A stretch of 55,731 bases of DNA, counting the filler, from Trichosphaerium sp. ATCC 40318 (Eukaryota > Protista > Tubulinea): the NCBI GenBank assembly GCA_038496445.1. It is 3 parts of 3 records of this genome, joined end to end, with 100 filler letters (N's around TTAATTAATTAA, not from the genome) between each part and the next. Parts side by side here need not be neighbours in the genome. Positions count along the whole stretch, not along the records: positions 13,663 to 41,708 come from JALMLS010000600.1; positions 41,809 to 55,731 come from JALMLS010000618.1; 1 more part is not named here. The stretch is one strand, 5' to 3'. Under the pieces are notes generated by a model, which did no database searches, was not told the DNA's origin, and worked only from the letters and a program-made list of their open reading frames with translations. Positions within the stretch are counted from its first letter, which is position 1. Each line of letters starts with the position of its first letter. Below are positions 34,873 through 47,167 of the stretch, piece after piece. A program made the position numbers and the translations under genes.

Positions 34873-37790
34873 ATGTCCATCGTACGAAACACATCCAAGC
34901 GGTACACAGTGAGTTTTTTTGTTGGTGCTAAAATGAGGTGTAGAAAGCGAGTTTCAAGATCCAACTCCCCCAAAACACGATCGAAAAAACCACGCATACA
35001 AGATCTAAAGGTAACGTGTCAAGTAGATGATATAAACTCCGAGGTACGGTGACATGTTTTATTATAAACGTCAAAATCTTAATTATTTTCTTCAGACAGC
35101 AAATGCAAAGAACCGCGATCAATTTACAATACAAAGAGACAAGATTAAAAATGCTATCATTAATCTCAAAAGTTTATTAGAAGTTACAGTGGCAAATGGA
35201 GGCGCGAAAATATTAGAAGAGCCATGGGCAAAAGAATTAAACTTAAAAGCAACGTTATTGTCCAAAACACATACAGAGTGGATAGTACAAAGTGTGTTGC
35301 CTGCAAATATAAAATCGCCAACTGCAAACACAGTAAAAAAGCTTAATCAGGTACGAGAAGTCTCTTTACATCAAGCTTTTCTTATTTTTTTCCAATACAG
35401 GTGAAACGTAAAGCTGAGAAGCACAATATATCTGGTGCTGCCTTGGTGCGTATGGCTTTGATTGTACGAAACAAAAGGCAACAAGGTAAGCATATATTAC
35501 CAATCAACAACTTATTGTTATTGTAGCTAACAAAAGGCGTTCTGTTGTTCCTTATGGCACGTTAAAATCGAGCATTATGCCAAAAGATATAACCATGGCA
35601 TTTGATTATCTCAAGTGCAACACAATGCCTACTTTAACTCATTTTCAAGAAGGTACAGATAAAACAAATACAATGACACGATTACCCTCTAATGTATTAT
35701 ACAAGAGAATGAAGAAACAGCTCACGACAACATTAAAAGTGTTACTATCAAAAACACTTTTAATTCTACAAAGCTGAATATAGATTGGAGAGGATCTGTA
35801 TCACAACTGTGGCTTACAACATATGTTATACCTGACGAACTGTTGTTTGTGTGTAGACAATTTGCTGGACAATTCAAAAATGATCTCAAACACACGGTAC
35901 ACAAATCCATTGTCTTAACCACGTGTTTACTTTGTTAGTTTTGGTCTAAGCCCGGTGATTTGTGGGAAGCAAACATTATGAGGAGGTATAAGACCCAAAA
36001 TTATGGTAAAGTTGTTTGTGTTACCCCATATTCTGGTAAGTTGCTTATTTGTTTGGTATCGTGATTAACATCAACCATAAAGATAAGTTTTGTGGCAACT
36101 CTGAGGTTAAGATACCCATTCAACTAAATGAAGCCAAGTGAAATCAATTATTGCCTATTATAAATGCTCATCACAACATTACAACCAACACAAAAGCTTT
36201 AAATGACAGTGAAATTGCGGACATGGTCATAGAGTTAAAGGTGAGTTTATACAAAAAAATGGTGTTTGCAATGGTTAAATGTAGTTGTTTATAGGAGTGG
36301 CTTACAGGCAAATCAAGCTTAAGAATGCATAGTGATGGAGACAAAGGCCAATTGCATAGCGGCTCTGGTATAACATGTTTTGGTTTTGCTTTGAAGGATG
36401 GTAAAAAAGAAAAACTTGATAAAACCATAATCATTCAAACAAGCACGTGCTTTATATTTATTTTGTACTATGGTAATATTTACTTTAGATTCTGAAAAGT
36501 TTAAGGTTAATGGCACTAACTTTGTGTGGGCCTTAAGCAACATTGACCCTCCATCAGCTGATGTCCAAAATGATGGTGATGGATTTGGTCCAGGGGTAGT
36601 GCGACATTCTGTTGAAGTTGTGGTACCTAAAGGAGTCCGCTACTTTTCTTTAATTGTTAGACATTTCATTTGGACTCTGCCTGAAATAAGTGACCTTGCT
36701 ATTGCAAAACAGAAGCATTTGGTGGGGTTGTCTTCCAAAAGCTATGCTAAACACACCAAATTGAAACACTCTCTATATGTTTGTCCACAAAACCTGCGCT
36801 ATAAAGCCAACAACCACTTTCTTCTATCTTCTTCTTATAAATTACCTCAAGATGATGATAAAGAAACAATCATACACCCTGGAACTCTGTTAATTTACAA
36901 TTTACCTGGGTGCGTTTATTTGTAATTGCATAGTTGATTTAATATTCTTTTCAAGCTTGTGTGAAATGGGTTTGATTGCTTCTTATCAAAGAACTTTTCA
37001 AGGACATACAGGAGTAGGATTAAAAGTGGTAGTTAAAAAAGAGTGTGTTGCCAAAGAGTACATCAAGACTTTACTCAGTTACATTTAATGTTATTGCAGA
37101 TATTTTTCAAGTGATTGGGCGGTTGTATACTCTACTGCAACAGAAATATCTCAAGATAATGTTAGTGCGCTCATTAAAAAGTCACTGTATTTGCAACGGA
37201 ATGTCGACAATGAAGATGAAGGTTGTACTTTTTTTATAACCCCCTGCACTCTATTAAAACAACATGTTGATGTTGATTATGATTCACTGGGCTGTACGAG
37301 CTTGACATAGACTTATGTTTTGTTGACATTGTATTGTAGGCGCCCGTCAACTTGGAATTGTGTCAAGGTGGTATGTTCATGGCTTTCTTTATTACGGAAA
37401 ACAGCCTGTTGTGGTTTTTAGAAAAATCAAACGGCTAGGAAATAATCTCTCTCTTCACCTCAATTGCAAGTGCTGCACACTGCGTCCATTATTCTTGAAT
37501 ATATTTAGTGATGTACCTTCTGACAAGGACATGTCTGATGAAGATATAATAACTAAAGAAAGTTTTCATTGGAATACAATCAAACAATTAGATGGTACGA
37601 TTTTTTTTTTTGCAACTTTTTTTTCTAATGCTCCTTTTATTACAGTATTACCCACACTAGTAAATCAGTTTGCTTACACCGGAAAGCTATCCAAAGAAGA
37701 CAAAAGAAAATGTGATTGTACGTTGGTTGTAAGAGTATTAAACGTCTAAATTGTTTTATAGGTTTAGATAAATTGTGTAGGAAACAATAA
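34873..37790 (+). CDS. Multi-exon protein of unknown function; candidate accessory ORF of the adjacent transposon
   Basis: MSIVRNTSKR/CRKRVSRS.. followed by many GT-AG exons to GLDKLCRKQ*; ends ~60 bp before the transposase ATG. Confidence 0.55.
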
Positions 37791-37851
37791 ATAAATTTAT
37801 GCTCATTAAGTGGAGTTTTTTTTCCTTAATTGTAATCAACAACAAGCAACA

Positions 37852-40800
37852 ATGGCTAACGTGTATTGTGACGCTTGTAAGACATGGTATACATGGAGAC
37901 ATTATCATTACAGGCACTTAAAATCTAATAAACATACAACGGCGACCATAAAGCTAGGTACATGTACAAAATACCTCAAATGTACTTAGTTAATTATAGG
38001 AATGGGCAAGCGGAATAGAGACTTTTCTCAAGGAAACAACAATAACATTGGCAAAGCAAAGAAACGGATTAGAACTCATGATATTAATTTGGGAGATTCA
38101 GCAAATGCCAGTGAAAGTGTCGACCATCTGCTTGCTTTTAATCTAAATACTGATTGTGATGCCAATAGCAATGCAATAAGTCACAACAGTGACTCTGAAA
38201 GTCAAAGTAGTGTGGACAGTGGATTTAATGGCACTGGTGATGAGAGCAATGAAAGCAGTGTCAGCGACGGGTTTGCGGAACCAGTTTATTTAAGAGATGA
38301 CAATACAAAGCTACCTTTAACAGATCTTCCTCACTTTTTAAGTGTTGGTGGTGAGGCTATGCGCAGTGGTGAGTTAACAGTAGCAATTAGTGTAGCATTA
38401 ATTTGTTTGTTAAAGAATTCGGGCAGTTGTCTGATGAGCAATGGAAAAAAGAACAAAGGCCTCCAGATTTTGAGCCAAGTGATGACTTTAACTCTGCCTC
38501 TCCTCAACAAAAGCTTGGTTATTTGTTGTTTGCGCTAAAGTTGGAACACAAGCTGTCTTTGGTTTTGTGTAAAAAAATTTTAGAGCTGTTCAACACTGCC
38601 TTGGTTCTTTTTGGACTTGACGCTAATGGTACGTAACATGCCACATTGTGATTATCTCTTATGTTGGGTTTGTTAGGCACTGTGTCTGTTTCTGTGAACA
38701 CATTGTTGAAAGAAATTGCTACAAAAGTACATTTACCAGTCGTATGTGCCTTTGTCCTTGTTTATTGTTTTACATTAGTTTTTGCCTCAATTTCCACCTG
38801 AAATAATATCAGTGGACAAAAAAACCAAGTCAGACAAAGTTGTATACACGACACAAGTTCCTTTTTACTCTCCATCAGAGCATATCAAAAGAGTGTTGTA
38901 TTATTTGCCCACAAGAAACAGCATCGCTGAATGTATAACTGATGGACCATCCACAATGCACACACACTATGAAGATGGAACTACAAAAGCAGAGAAGGTG
39001 TACAAAGGTCCAGAAACTGGGACCAATGTGAAAAAAGTGTTCGCAGATGTACTTGACATTTATGAGGCAGACAAAAACAACACTATTTTACTCCCAGGTA
39101 TACTATACTTTATCTTTTGATTGCTTACTCACTTTTAATAAATAGCATATATAAGCAAGGATGATTTTACATACGATAAAAAAGACAGTTTGGGACCTTT
39201 GTATATGGTTGTTTGGAATTTGCCTAACAGTGCCAGTGCTACTGGAAAAATGTTGTTGGCTGTGCTACCAAAATGTTTGCATGAAGAAGATCTTTTGGAA
39301 CATGTTGTAAATGATTTTTTAAAGGTGTACAATGGCATGAGATGTTACATAAAAAGTGAACAAAAGGTACGGGCCAATTTTATTGGGTTTTTTTTACAAT
39401 TTAATCCAAAAAATAGTACTTCACAGTGTATTTGAGGTTGTCTAAGATATTGGGTGATTCACCGGGCTCAAATAGATTGATATGTACAAAATCCTTCACT
39501 ATTGATCAACTTATGTTACTTTTAGCAATGAGGAGTCCAACATCTCATTATCCTTGCCGAATATGTAGAGTGCCAAAAAATGCCTTTCAATTAATTACAG
39601 AAGACAATGAGATTGTAACAGCCACAAGAAACACACTCCAAATCCTCACCATGGCACATGAACACTCATATAGTGATCATATTAAAGATTGTTTTAGCAT
39701 TCACAGGCAGGTGAGCAACAACCCACAAATTTAGTTTTACTTTAGATTAACTGGTATTTTTTTTTCTTTTAGTCTCCGTTCAGTAAGCTGTTGAACCATC
39801 ACTTTGACTTTTTTTTGGATTCTCCATATTGTCCATTTCATAACATCATATTGGGCATAGCTAAAAATGTGTTGGATGCAGCATTGGCTAAAATGCAAGA
39901 GCTGCAACCCAAAGAAACATTTAAAAAAACTCTAAATCGTAGAATCAAGTATGTTAGAAAACAAAATACAGGGTTAGGAAAGTACGTACATGTTGTTGTC
40001 TTGATGTATTGATTCAAAGTCTTATTAGAATGAAGGCAGTGTGGAATAATACAGGATGTTTAGTATCTGAGAGTTGGGATGGAACAGACATGAGAACCTT
40101 TTTGAAAATGTCTGCTCTGGTTTTTCGCCACATTTTACCTGATGACCTCATGTCAATGTGGTACCTTTCTATTTCTCTTTGTGTGGCCCTTTTATTGACC
40201 AATTTAAAGGAAGCATTTATTGGCTTTTGTAGTATTGACACAAAGAGATTTTATGTCAGAACGTCAAGTCAAAAGTGTTACGGTCAAATACAAAAACTTA
40301 TTGAATGAAATAAAGCTCAGTTTACCTGGTACTGTTTGCAATTTGCTTTTTTTGTATGTGTCTGATCATTGACAACTTATTAGATCTAAATTTAGACACA
40401 ACAAACTTTCACGTGCCTTACCACTATGAATACATGATTAAACGATTTGGAGTTTTTAAACACTTTAGGTACACTTTTATGAAGTGGTTGTGATTAACTA
40501 CATTATTAGCACTTATGCATGTGAATCTAAGCATGCCACCATCAAAAAATGGAAGTTGTCGTCCAAGAACCATGACAAAATAAAGTGCGTGAAATGTTCC
40601 GTTTTCAACATACCAACAAAGCATAGGGACATAGTAGACAAAGAAATACCGTGGTTAATGCTATCATATATTGGCAAGTTTGATGCCCTTTGCACTTCCG
40701 TGCTACATGATCAATACAAAGATAACATTGAATTGTCAAGGAAAGTGATCACTCCTCCATTTTACAAAAGACCAAAGGCACACTGGATTTTACGTAAGCA

Positions 40801-41229
40801 ATGCAAACAAAAAAATTTACATCTCACTTTGTTGTTAGGCAACAAAAGATGTGTTAGAGAGTTATGCCACATGGAAAAATTAGCATTTGAAGCCACATTC
40901 CCTGCTGATACTAGAAGACTTATGTCAGAACCGTTTGTTTCCTATAACTCTGTAACAACGGAAAATCTGACAATGAAGCTTTCTGTCTCAAATGAAACTC
41001 TTTTTAAATCATGGAGACCGGCAAAGAGAGAAACTAAAAAAGACTGCATATATGTTAAAACTCAAGCCATTTATCAAAGCATCACTGACAACAATCAGGT
41101 GTTTGTATTTGGAGAGTGAGCTGTTTGTAGTAGTGCAACAACTAATTTACTCATGTAATTCTAGGTACTTTACTTTAAAAAACCCAAACAGCCCATACGA
41201 TGCCAACAGTGAGCTATTGACGTGCAAAA
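37852..41229 (+). mobile_element. Multi-exon CACTA/EnSpm (Plavaka-like) DDE transposase with N-terminal C2H2-like finger
   Basis: YCDACK..H.KSNKH; ILGDSPG..HYPCRICRV; PFHNIILGIAK; NFHVPYHYEYMIKRFG..TYACESKH, the D-x-P / CxxC / H-xxx-LG / HxxxH..FG..ES-x-H order typical of CMC transposases. Confidence 0.75.
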
Positions 41230-41708
41230 CCTTCCCTTCTTGCTTTTGTAGTTCCATCTTCATAGTGTGTGTGCATTGTGGATGGTCCATCAGTTATACA
41301 TTCAGCGATGCTGTTTCTTGTGGGCAAATAATACAACATCTTTTGATATGCTCTGATGGAGAGTAAAAAGGAACTTGTGTCGTGTATACAACTTTGTCTG
41401 ACTTGGTTTTTTTGTCCACTGATATTAATTTCAGGTGGAAATTGAGGCAAAAACTAATGTAAAAAATATAACAAGGACAAAGCACATACGACTGGTAAAT
41501 GTACTTTTGTAGCAATTTCTTTCAACAATGTGTTCACAGAAACAGACACAGTGCCTAACAAACCCAACATAAGAGATAATCACAATGTGCATGTTACGTA
41601 CCATTAGCGTCAAGTCCAAAAAGAACCAAGCAGTGTTGAACAGCTCTAAAATTTTTTTACACAAAACCAAAGACAGCTTGTGTTCCAACTTTAGCGCAAA
41701 CAACAAAT
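41230..41708 (-). repeat. Inverted duplicate of ~38520-38998 at contig end
   Basis: Reverse complement of transposase exons and introns (LEHKLSLVLCKK, PQFPPE) with scattered 1-nt indels. Confidence 0.9.
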
Positions 41709-41808
41709 NNNNNNNNNNNNNNNNNNNNNNNNNNNNNNNNNNNNNNNNNNNNTTAATTAATTAANNNNNNNNNNNNNNNNNNNNNNNNNNNNNNNNNNNN
41801 NNNNNNNN
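41709..41808. other. Artificial contig linker
   Basis: N44-TTAATTAATTAA-N44. Confidence 0.97.
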
Positions 41809-41825
41809 TTTCAGTAGTAAGTCGT

Positions 41826-42140
41826 GGGGCAGTACATCTCCTTAATACCTGTACAAACAAACGGTACGCGCGTCTAACGCAGTACCGGGGGCAGTACATC
41901 TCCTTAAGACCTGTACACAAATTTAATTGCGAGACACCTTTGACTTGGGCGTTTCCAAACGGTACGTGCTCTAAACGCACTACTGGGGGCAGTACATCTC
42001 CATAAAACCTGTACACAAAATTAATTGGTAGGTACCTTTGACTTGGGTACCTCCAGGGGCAGTACATCTCCATAAAATCTGTACATAATCGGTACGTCAA
42101 AAGACAACGCCGGGGGCAGTACATCTCCTTAAAATCTGTA
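41826..42140 (+). repeat. Five spaced copies of GGGGCAGTACATCTCC-WTAA-x-AYCTGTAC in the Gypsy 5' leader
   Basis: Copies at 41826, 41888, 41986, 42056 and 42113. Confidence 0.9.
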
Positions 42141-42292
42141 CTTCTGAAAACGAACGCTTTCATACGGACAAAAAGTTTAGACGGCAAACGTCCTTCTGTG
42201 CACAGGTATCTAAAGCGCACCACGAAAGCTACGTACCACTACAAAACATAGAAATTGCTTTTGTAAGAAACATTATTTGATCACGATTAGTC

Positions 42293-44122
42293 ATGTCAAA
42301 TAATTCGAATGACCAGATGATGCAAATCCTGTTAAACCTACAGTCACAGATGCAACAGACTCAGAATGAGATGCAGCGACAGGGTCAGGTTATAGCAAAT
42401 TTATCACAACGGGATCAGCCATCTACGAAGTCTCCTACTATTTCTGCGACGACTTCACCTTACCGACAACCATCGAGTTTTCTATACGCTACACCTCACA
42501 TTATGGCACAGCGACAACATCAAAGACAGATGCAGTATCTGTCAACACAACCTCAGATGACTCCTTTCTTGCCGAGAACGCAGATGCAATATCAATCGAC
42601 TGGTCAACAATTACAATCTGTACCACGAACTGCAACAGTACAGCAGCCGATGCCAAGGCCTCCAACAACTCCGTTTGTTTCAAGGAAAGCCACTGTCACC
42701 ACGACGACAGTGAAAAAGAAGAAGCAAGTTCCAAAGAAGAAGGACGTTCCAAAGAAAAAGAGCGTACCAAAAGAAAAAATAAAAAGAAGGTTTATCCTCC
42801 CTACAAAGATTCCTGTGGAGACAGGAAAGGTTACAAAACTTTGGAACAACGCTTTTGATGAAGCAAAGAAGAATATTCAACCGGGTATATTGGATAGTCA
42901 AGCTACGAAAGAACAAGTCGCTGATCGTGATAAAATTTATAAACAAAATCAACATGATTATGCTGTTCAGTATTTTGGTAATCTCTGTGTTGCTTATGCT
43001 AGAGAGATAGCACAGACAGAGTTAGACAAGTTCTTTGCTAGAGAGGGTAAAGAAGAAGAATCAATCAGTGACTCAGAGAGCGAGTCAGATGAAGATGATA
43101 AGGATGACGATGATGAAGATGATGATTCATTCGACTTTACAGAAATTCGCAAAGCTTTACCTGAAGATTCTACGTCGACATCAAATCCTTTACCACAGCC
43201 TAACTTTGGTACTAATCCTATTGTTCCTCAAGTACAGCCTTACATGATGCCACAATACCAAATGCCAATGCCAGGTTATCCAAATATTATCACCAACAAC
43301 GCGAGTGATAATGAAATTTTCTTTTATGGAAAACCAGGTGAAAATGTATTAAGATGGATTGCTGATATATCCGCTGTTGCCACACGTAGCCCTACAACTG
43401 TTCAGATGTTTATTGGGCTTATTGAGAAAAACCTTAAAGGATTCGCGAAGGATTATTACAAAGATCAATTTCCTGGTGGCGCTGTTGAAGGACAAGAAAA
43501 TGAAGTTTTTGAGAAACTTCAAAATTATTTTTCATCTGAAGTAACTAGAGAAGGACTCCGACATGCCTTTAAGAGTTACATTCAAGATCAACTACCTGTG
43601 TTACAATACGCAGCTAGAAAAGGAAGGAAAGCGAACGACACCGGTTATCATATCAACCATCAGACGCGTATCAAATATTTTATTAAGGGACTTAACCCTG
43701 AAATACAAGAACATTTGAGGAAAGAACGATACAAGTGGAATGATTGGTCAGAATGTGTTACCAGAGCACATCATATCGAAGCGGCAATCAATGATACCAA
43801 GAAAGCCGTTGGAGATAAGAAAAAAGATAAGAAGCCAAAGCCGAAGCCGAAACCAAAAACAAAGACCGGTGATGAACAATCTGATAAGACGAAAGCTGAT
43901 TGGTCTGATCCGAATGTGCAACCAAATCCTAGAACTCATTGGTGTGTACATCACAAGAAATGGAGTTATCATACCTCCTACAAATGCGAATTGAATCCGA
44001 AGGTCATAGCGAGAAAAAAGAGAAGAGCTGAAAGAAAGAAGAAAGCTGAAGAAGAAAACAAAGACGTCACAGTTGCTTCTGTTAAGACTGAAGACTCAGG
44101 TGAAGATTCGGAAAACGAGTAA
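42293..44122 (+). CDS. gag: Gag-like protein
   Basis: 609-aa intronless ORF with capsid-like FYGKPGENVLRWI..FIKGLNPEI and knuckle CxxHxxxxxHxxxxC. Confidence 0.85.
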   Translation: MSNNSNDQMMQILLNLQSQMQQTQNEMQRQGQVIANLSQRDQPSTKSPTISATTSPYRQPSSFLYATPHIMAQRQHQRQMQYLSTQPQMTPFLPRTQMQYQSTGQQLQSVPRTATVQQPMPRPPTTPFVSRKATVTTTTVKKKKQVPKKKDVPKKKSVPKEKIKRRFILPTKIPVETGKVTKLWNNAFDEAKKNIQPGILDSQATKEQVADRDKIYKQNQHDYAVQYFGNLCVAYAREIAQTELDKFFAREGKEEESISDSESESDEDDKDDDDEDDDSFDFTEIRKALPEDSTSTSNPLPQPNFGTNPIVPQVQPYMMPQYQMPMPGYPNIITNNASDNEIFFYGKPGENVLRWIADISAVATRSPTTVQMFIGLIEKNLKGFAKDYYKDQFPGGAVEGQENEVFEKLQNYFSSEVTREGLRHAFKSYIQDQLPVLQYAARKGRKANDTGYHINHQTRIKYFIKGLNPEIQEHLRKERYKWNDWSECVTRAHHIEAAINDTKKAVGDKKKDKKPKPKPKPKTKTGDEQSDKTKADWSDPNVQPNPRTHWCVHHKKWSYHTSYKCELNPKVIARKKRRAERKKKAEEENKDVTVASVKTEDSGEDSENE

Positions 44123-44175
44123 ATGACATTGCGTCTGGCTCAAGCAATGTCACTCGTAAACATACTCCAGAGCCA
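44110..44175 (+). promoter_or_regulatory. -1 programmed ribosomal frameshift signal
   Basis: G_GAA_AAC at 44110-44116 inside the gag/pol overlap, 7-nt spacer, stem TGACATTGC/GCAATGTCA, loop TGGCTC complementary to GAGCCA (44170-44175). Confidence 0.8.
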
Positions 44176-45504
44176 TTTGGAGATGTAACAACACACAATA
44201 AAGAAGTTAGATCAAAACGTGTTGTCAATTCTCCAAGCCCTCCTTCTTACGTCCTGGCCCATATAAATCAAGCTCCTATAGTGTCATATTTGGATGGTGG
44301 ATGCGATAAATCTATCATTCATTCTTTTTTTCTTAACAACTTACCAGAAGTAGAAGTACTATCAACAACTGCGCAAGCGAGTACATTGAATTCTAACAAA
44401 TTCAAGTTGGATGGTATTGTTTCCGTCTCACTTTCCTTTGGAAATCAAGAACAAAGATTAGTAGAGCTATACGTGACATCAGATATGGAAGAAGTCTTGG
44501 TTATTGGACGAGATCTTCAAGAAAAATTTAACATGAGCGTCAACTATGCAAAGAGAACCGTTACTTTCGCAGATGATTCAACTATTCCGATTATTAATCA
44601 ATCGAATAAAGAAGGCGAAGTTCGTCTCCTATATTCAAGAGATCAGATACAAATATATCCTAAAGAGACAGTGATCCTGACTATGAAGTTCCATAGTCAA
44701 TTACCAGATGGAACTGTTGGAATCATTACACCGGTTGGCCCTATATGGAAAAGAACTAGATTAGTTACTGGACCTATTATATCAGTGATTAATAATGGTC
44801 ATTGTGTTATGCAAATGACAAACTTGTCTGAAAAGACGATAAATATTCAACCAGGTCAACGACTTGGTAAATTTCAAACTCAGAAGTCTAAAATGCTGGT
44901 TAGAGGATTAAGAACAATCGAACAGATTAATGAATACAAAGCAACTCAAGCGGAGCTAGATTTGGTGGAAGAATACTTTGGTGAGCAACTCAAGGAATGT
45001 GCTATCAAAGACGAAGAAGAACTTCATACTATTCGCAACCTATTGGCTACTCACTTGAAGTCATTCGACATAGCTTTAAACAAACCTCCCAAGACGGCCG
45101 TACGCATGCATATTAATACTGGAGATTCACAACCAGTTGCTACGACTCCACGACGTTTTCCGAAGCGTTATGTTGAGTTTATCAGGAAATTTATTAAAGA
45201 TTATTTGAAGACTGGACTGATCAGGCCTTCAACAAGCCCTTGGGCTTCACCCATAGTCATCGCTCCGAAGAAAGATGGTACATTGCGATTCTGTATCGAT
45301 TATCGTGGATTGAATGCAATTACTAAGAGAGATGTCTATCCTATTCCCAACATTGATGATGCTTTTGATGCATTGGTGGGAAGTCATTACTTTTCGGTAA
45401 TGGATGCTTTGTCTGGGTTTCACCAATTGCAAATGGACGAAGCTTCAATTGAAAAGACAGCGTTTGTAGATCAATCAGGTCTATACGAGTGGACTGCAAT
45501 GCCC

Positions 45505-47167
45505 TTAAATTAATTTAGGTAAAAGATGGCTCTTTGTACCTATTATATAAAATCAAAAGCCAAACAACCAAAAAATAGGTAAAAACCAGCTTTGTGTGAT
45601 CACAAGGTGAATGTAGCACAGTGTATCATCACAGACGACAACCTTGATACCAGATCAAGGTTGTCTAGGCTAGGTTTTATGTAGTATTAACTAATATTGT
45701 GTAGTTTTAATAAAGATGGTTGTTCATGCCTTACAATATAAAATCATGGATGTTCATGCCTTACAATGTAAAATCAGGTCTAAAAAAATATACCAGTTTT
45801 TTTGGTATATACCACTTTTATACCACTTTTTTATACCAGTTTTTTATGGTATATACCAAAAAAAGTGGTATATTTTGACCGAAATATACCAAAAAAAGTG
45901 GTATATTGACCAAATATACCAACAATATACCAAAAAAAACAGGTATAAAAACAGAAAATATACCACTTTTTTTCACCAGAAAAAAAAAAATATACCACTT
46001 TTTTATACCACTTTTTTTAGGTATATACCAGTTATATACCACTTTTATATACCAGTTTTTCATGGTATATACCACTCTTATATACCACTTTATGCTTACT
46101 TATAGTACACCTGCAATTCCAGAAAATACACTTTATTTAATACACAGTTTGTGAGTTACAAGTTTTGGACAATGTCCACTACAGTTACATTACTATGGGC
46201 GTCTGGAAAATTCGTCCATCTCCATGAGCTTGCTGTACCTACTGTAAAAACATGCTGCGCACCTAATGAAAGTGGTCCCACCTGAATCTATCAATTACTA
46301 AGGCCTACGGAGGTCGGTTAATGTATATCAAACGAAAATAAAATAAAACTTTGTCTGGTACCCACGAACGTCTGTATAATACCTGCAATATAGTTTCCTC
46401 AATGTTGGTACTGGAATCAGGTCCTGCGGTTCGAATGAGCTTGGTTTGGTTAGATTCTATGATATACTAAGGTCCCTACGCACCGTTCAATGTATGACGT
46501 CCATGATCGTTCAACAAGAAAACCCATTACCAAAAAGCTCCTTAATGACCTTCTTGAAGCATACCATAAAAGTGGTATATACCAATAAAAAGGTGGTATA
46601 TACCACATACCATAAAAAAGTGGTATATACCACTTTATATACCATTTTTAGAAGGTCTTATTATGTGAATGAAAAGTGGTATATACCACTTCTATATACC
46701 ACTTTTTTATTCACTTAATTTTTAAAAAAAGTGGTATTTCAAAATGGTATATATCATATACCATTTTGTTGAAAAAAGTGGTATATACCATAAAAAAACT
46801 GGTATATACCACTTTAATTTTTAGACCTGATAATGGTTGTTCAACCCTATATAAAATAATGGACAGTCAACCCTATATAGAATATTGGATAGTCAACCCT
46901 ATTACATGAACACTGTAGACACACCAACCGTCAGAATTAACCCAGCAATGAGCCATCACACATAAACACAACACAGTGTATCATCACAGACGGACAACCT
47001 TGATACCAGATCAAGGTTGACCTAGGCTAGGTACAACAAAACAAAAGTAACAAATAAAAAATAACAAAAAAAAACAAAGTCAAAAAATTATTGATAATGA
47101 GTTACAGTGGTTCTTTGCCCCTATGCTCCAACATTGCCATCCGCATCCACATACACACCCACACTTA
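45505..47167. mobile_element. Insertion in RT: ~600-bp unclassified element with two 59-bp hairpin-containing direct repeats, hosting the CAGG element
   Basis: Removing it restores ATG CCC TTT GGG (MPFG); direct repeats at 45617-45675 and 46972-47032. Confidence 0.85.
45775..46829. mobile_element. CAGGTCTAAAAA TIR element, copy 2 (inverted relative to copy 1)
   Basis: AT|CAGG...CCTG|AT; near-identical to 25014-26069. Confidence 0.92.

Noticed and set aside
41826-42140. CRISPR array
   Set aside because: Eukaryotic retroelement context, irregular and mutually related spacers, no cas genes.
45505-47167. Spliceosomal or self-splicing intron in RT
   Set aside because: No GT..AG or GUGYG..AY boundaries at the junctions.
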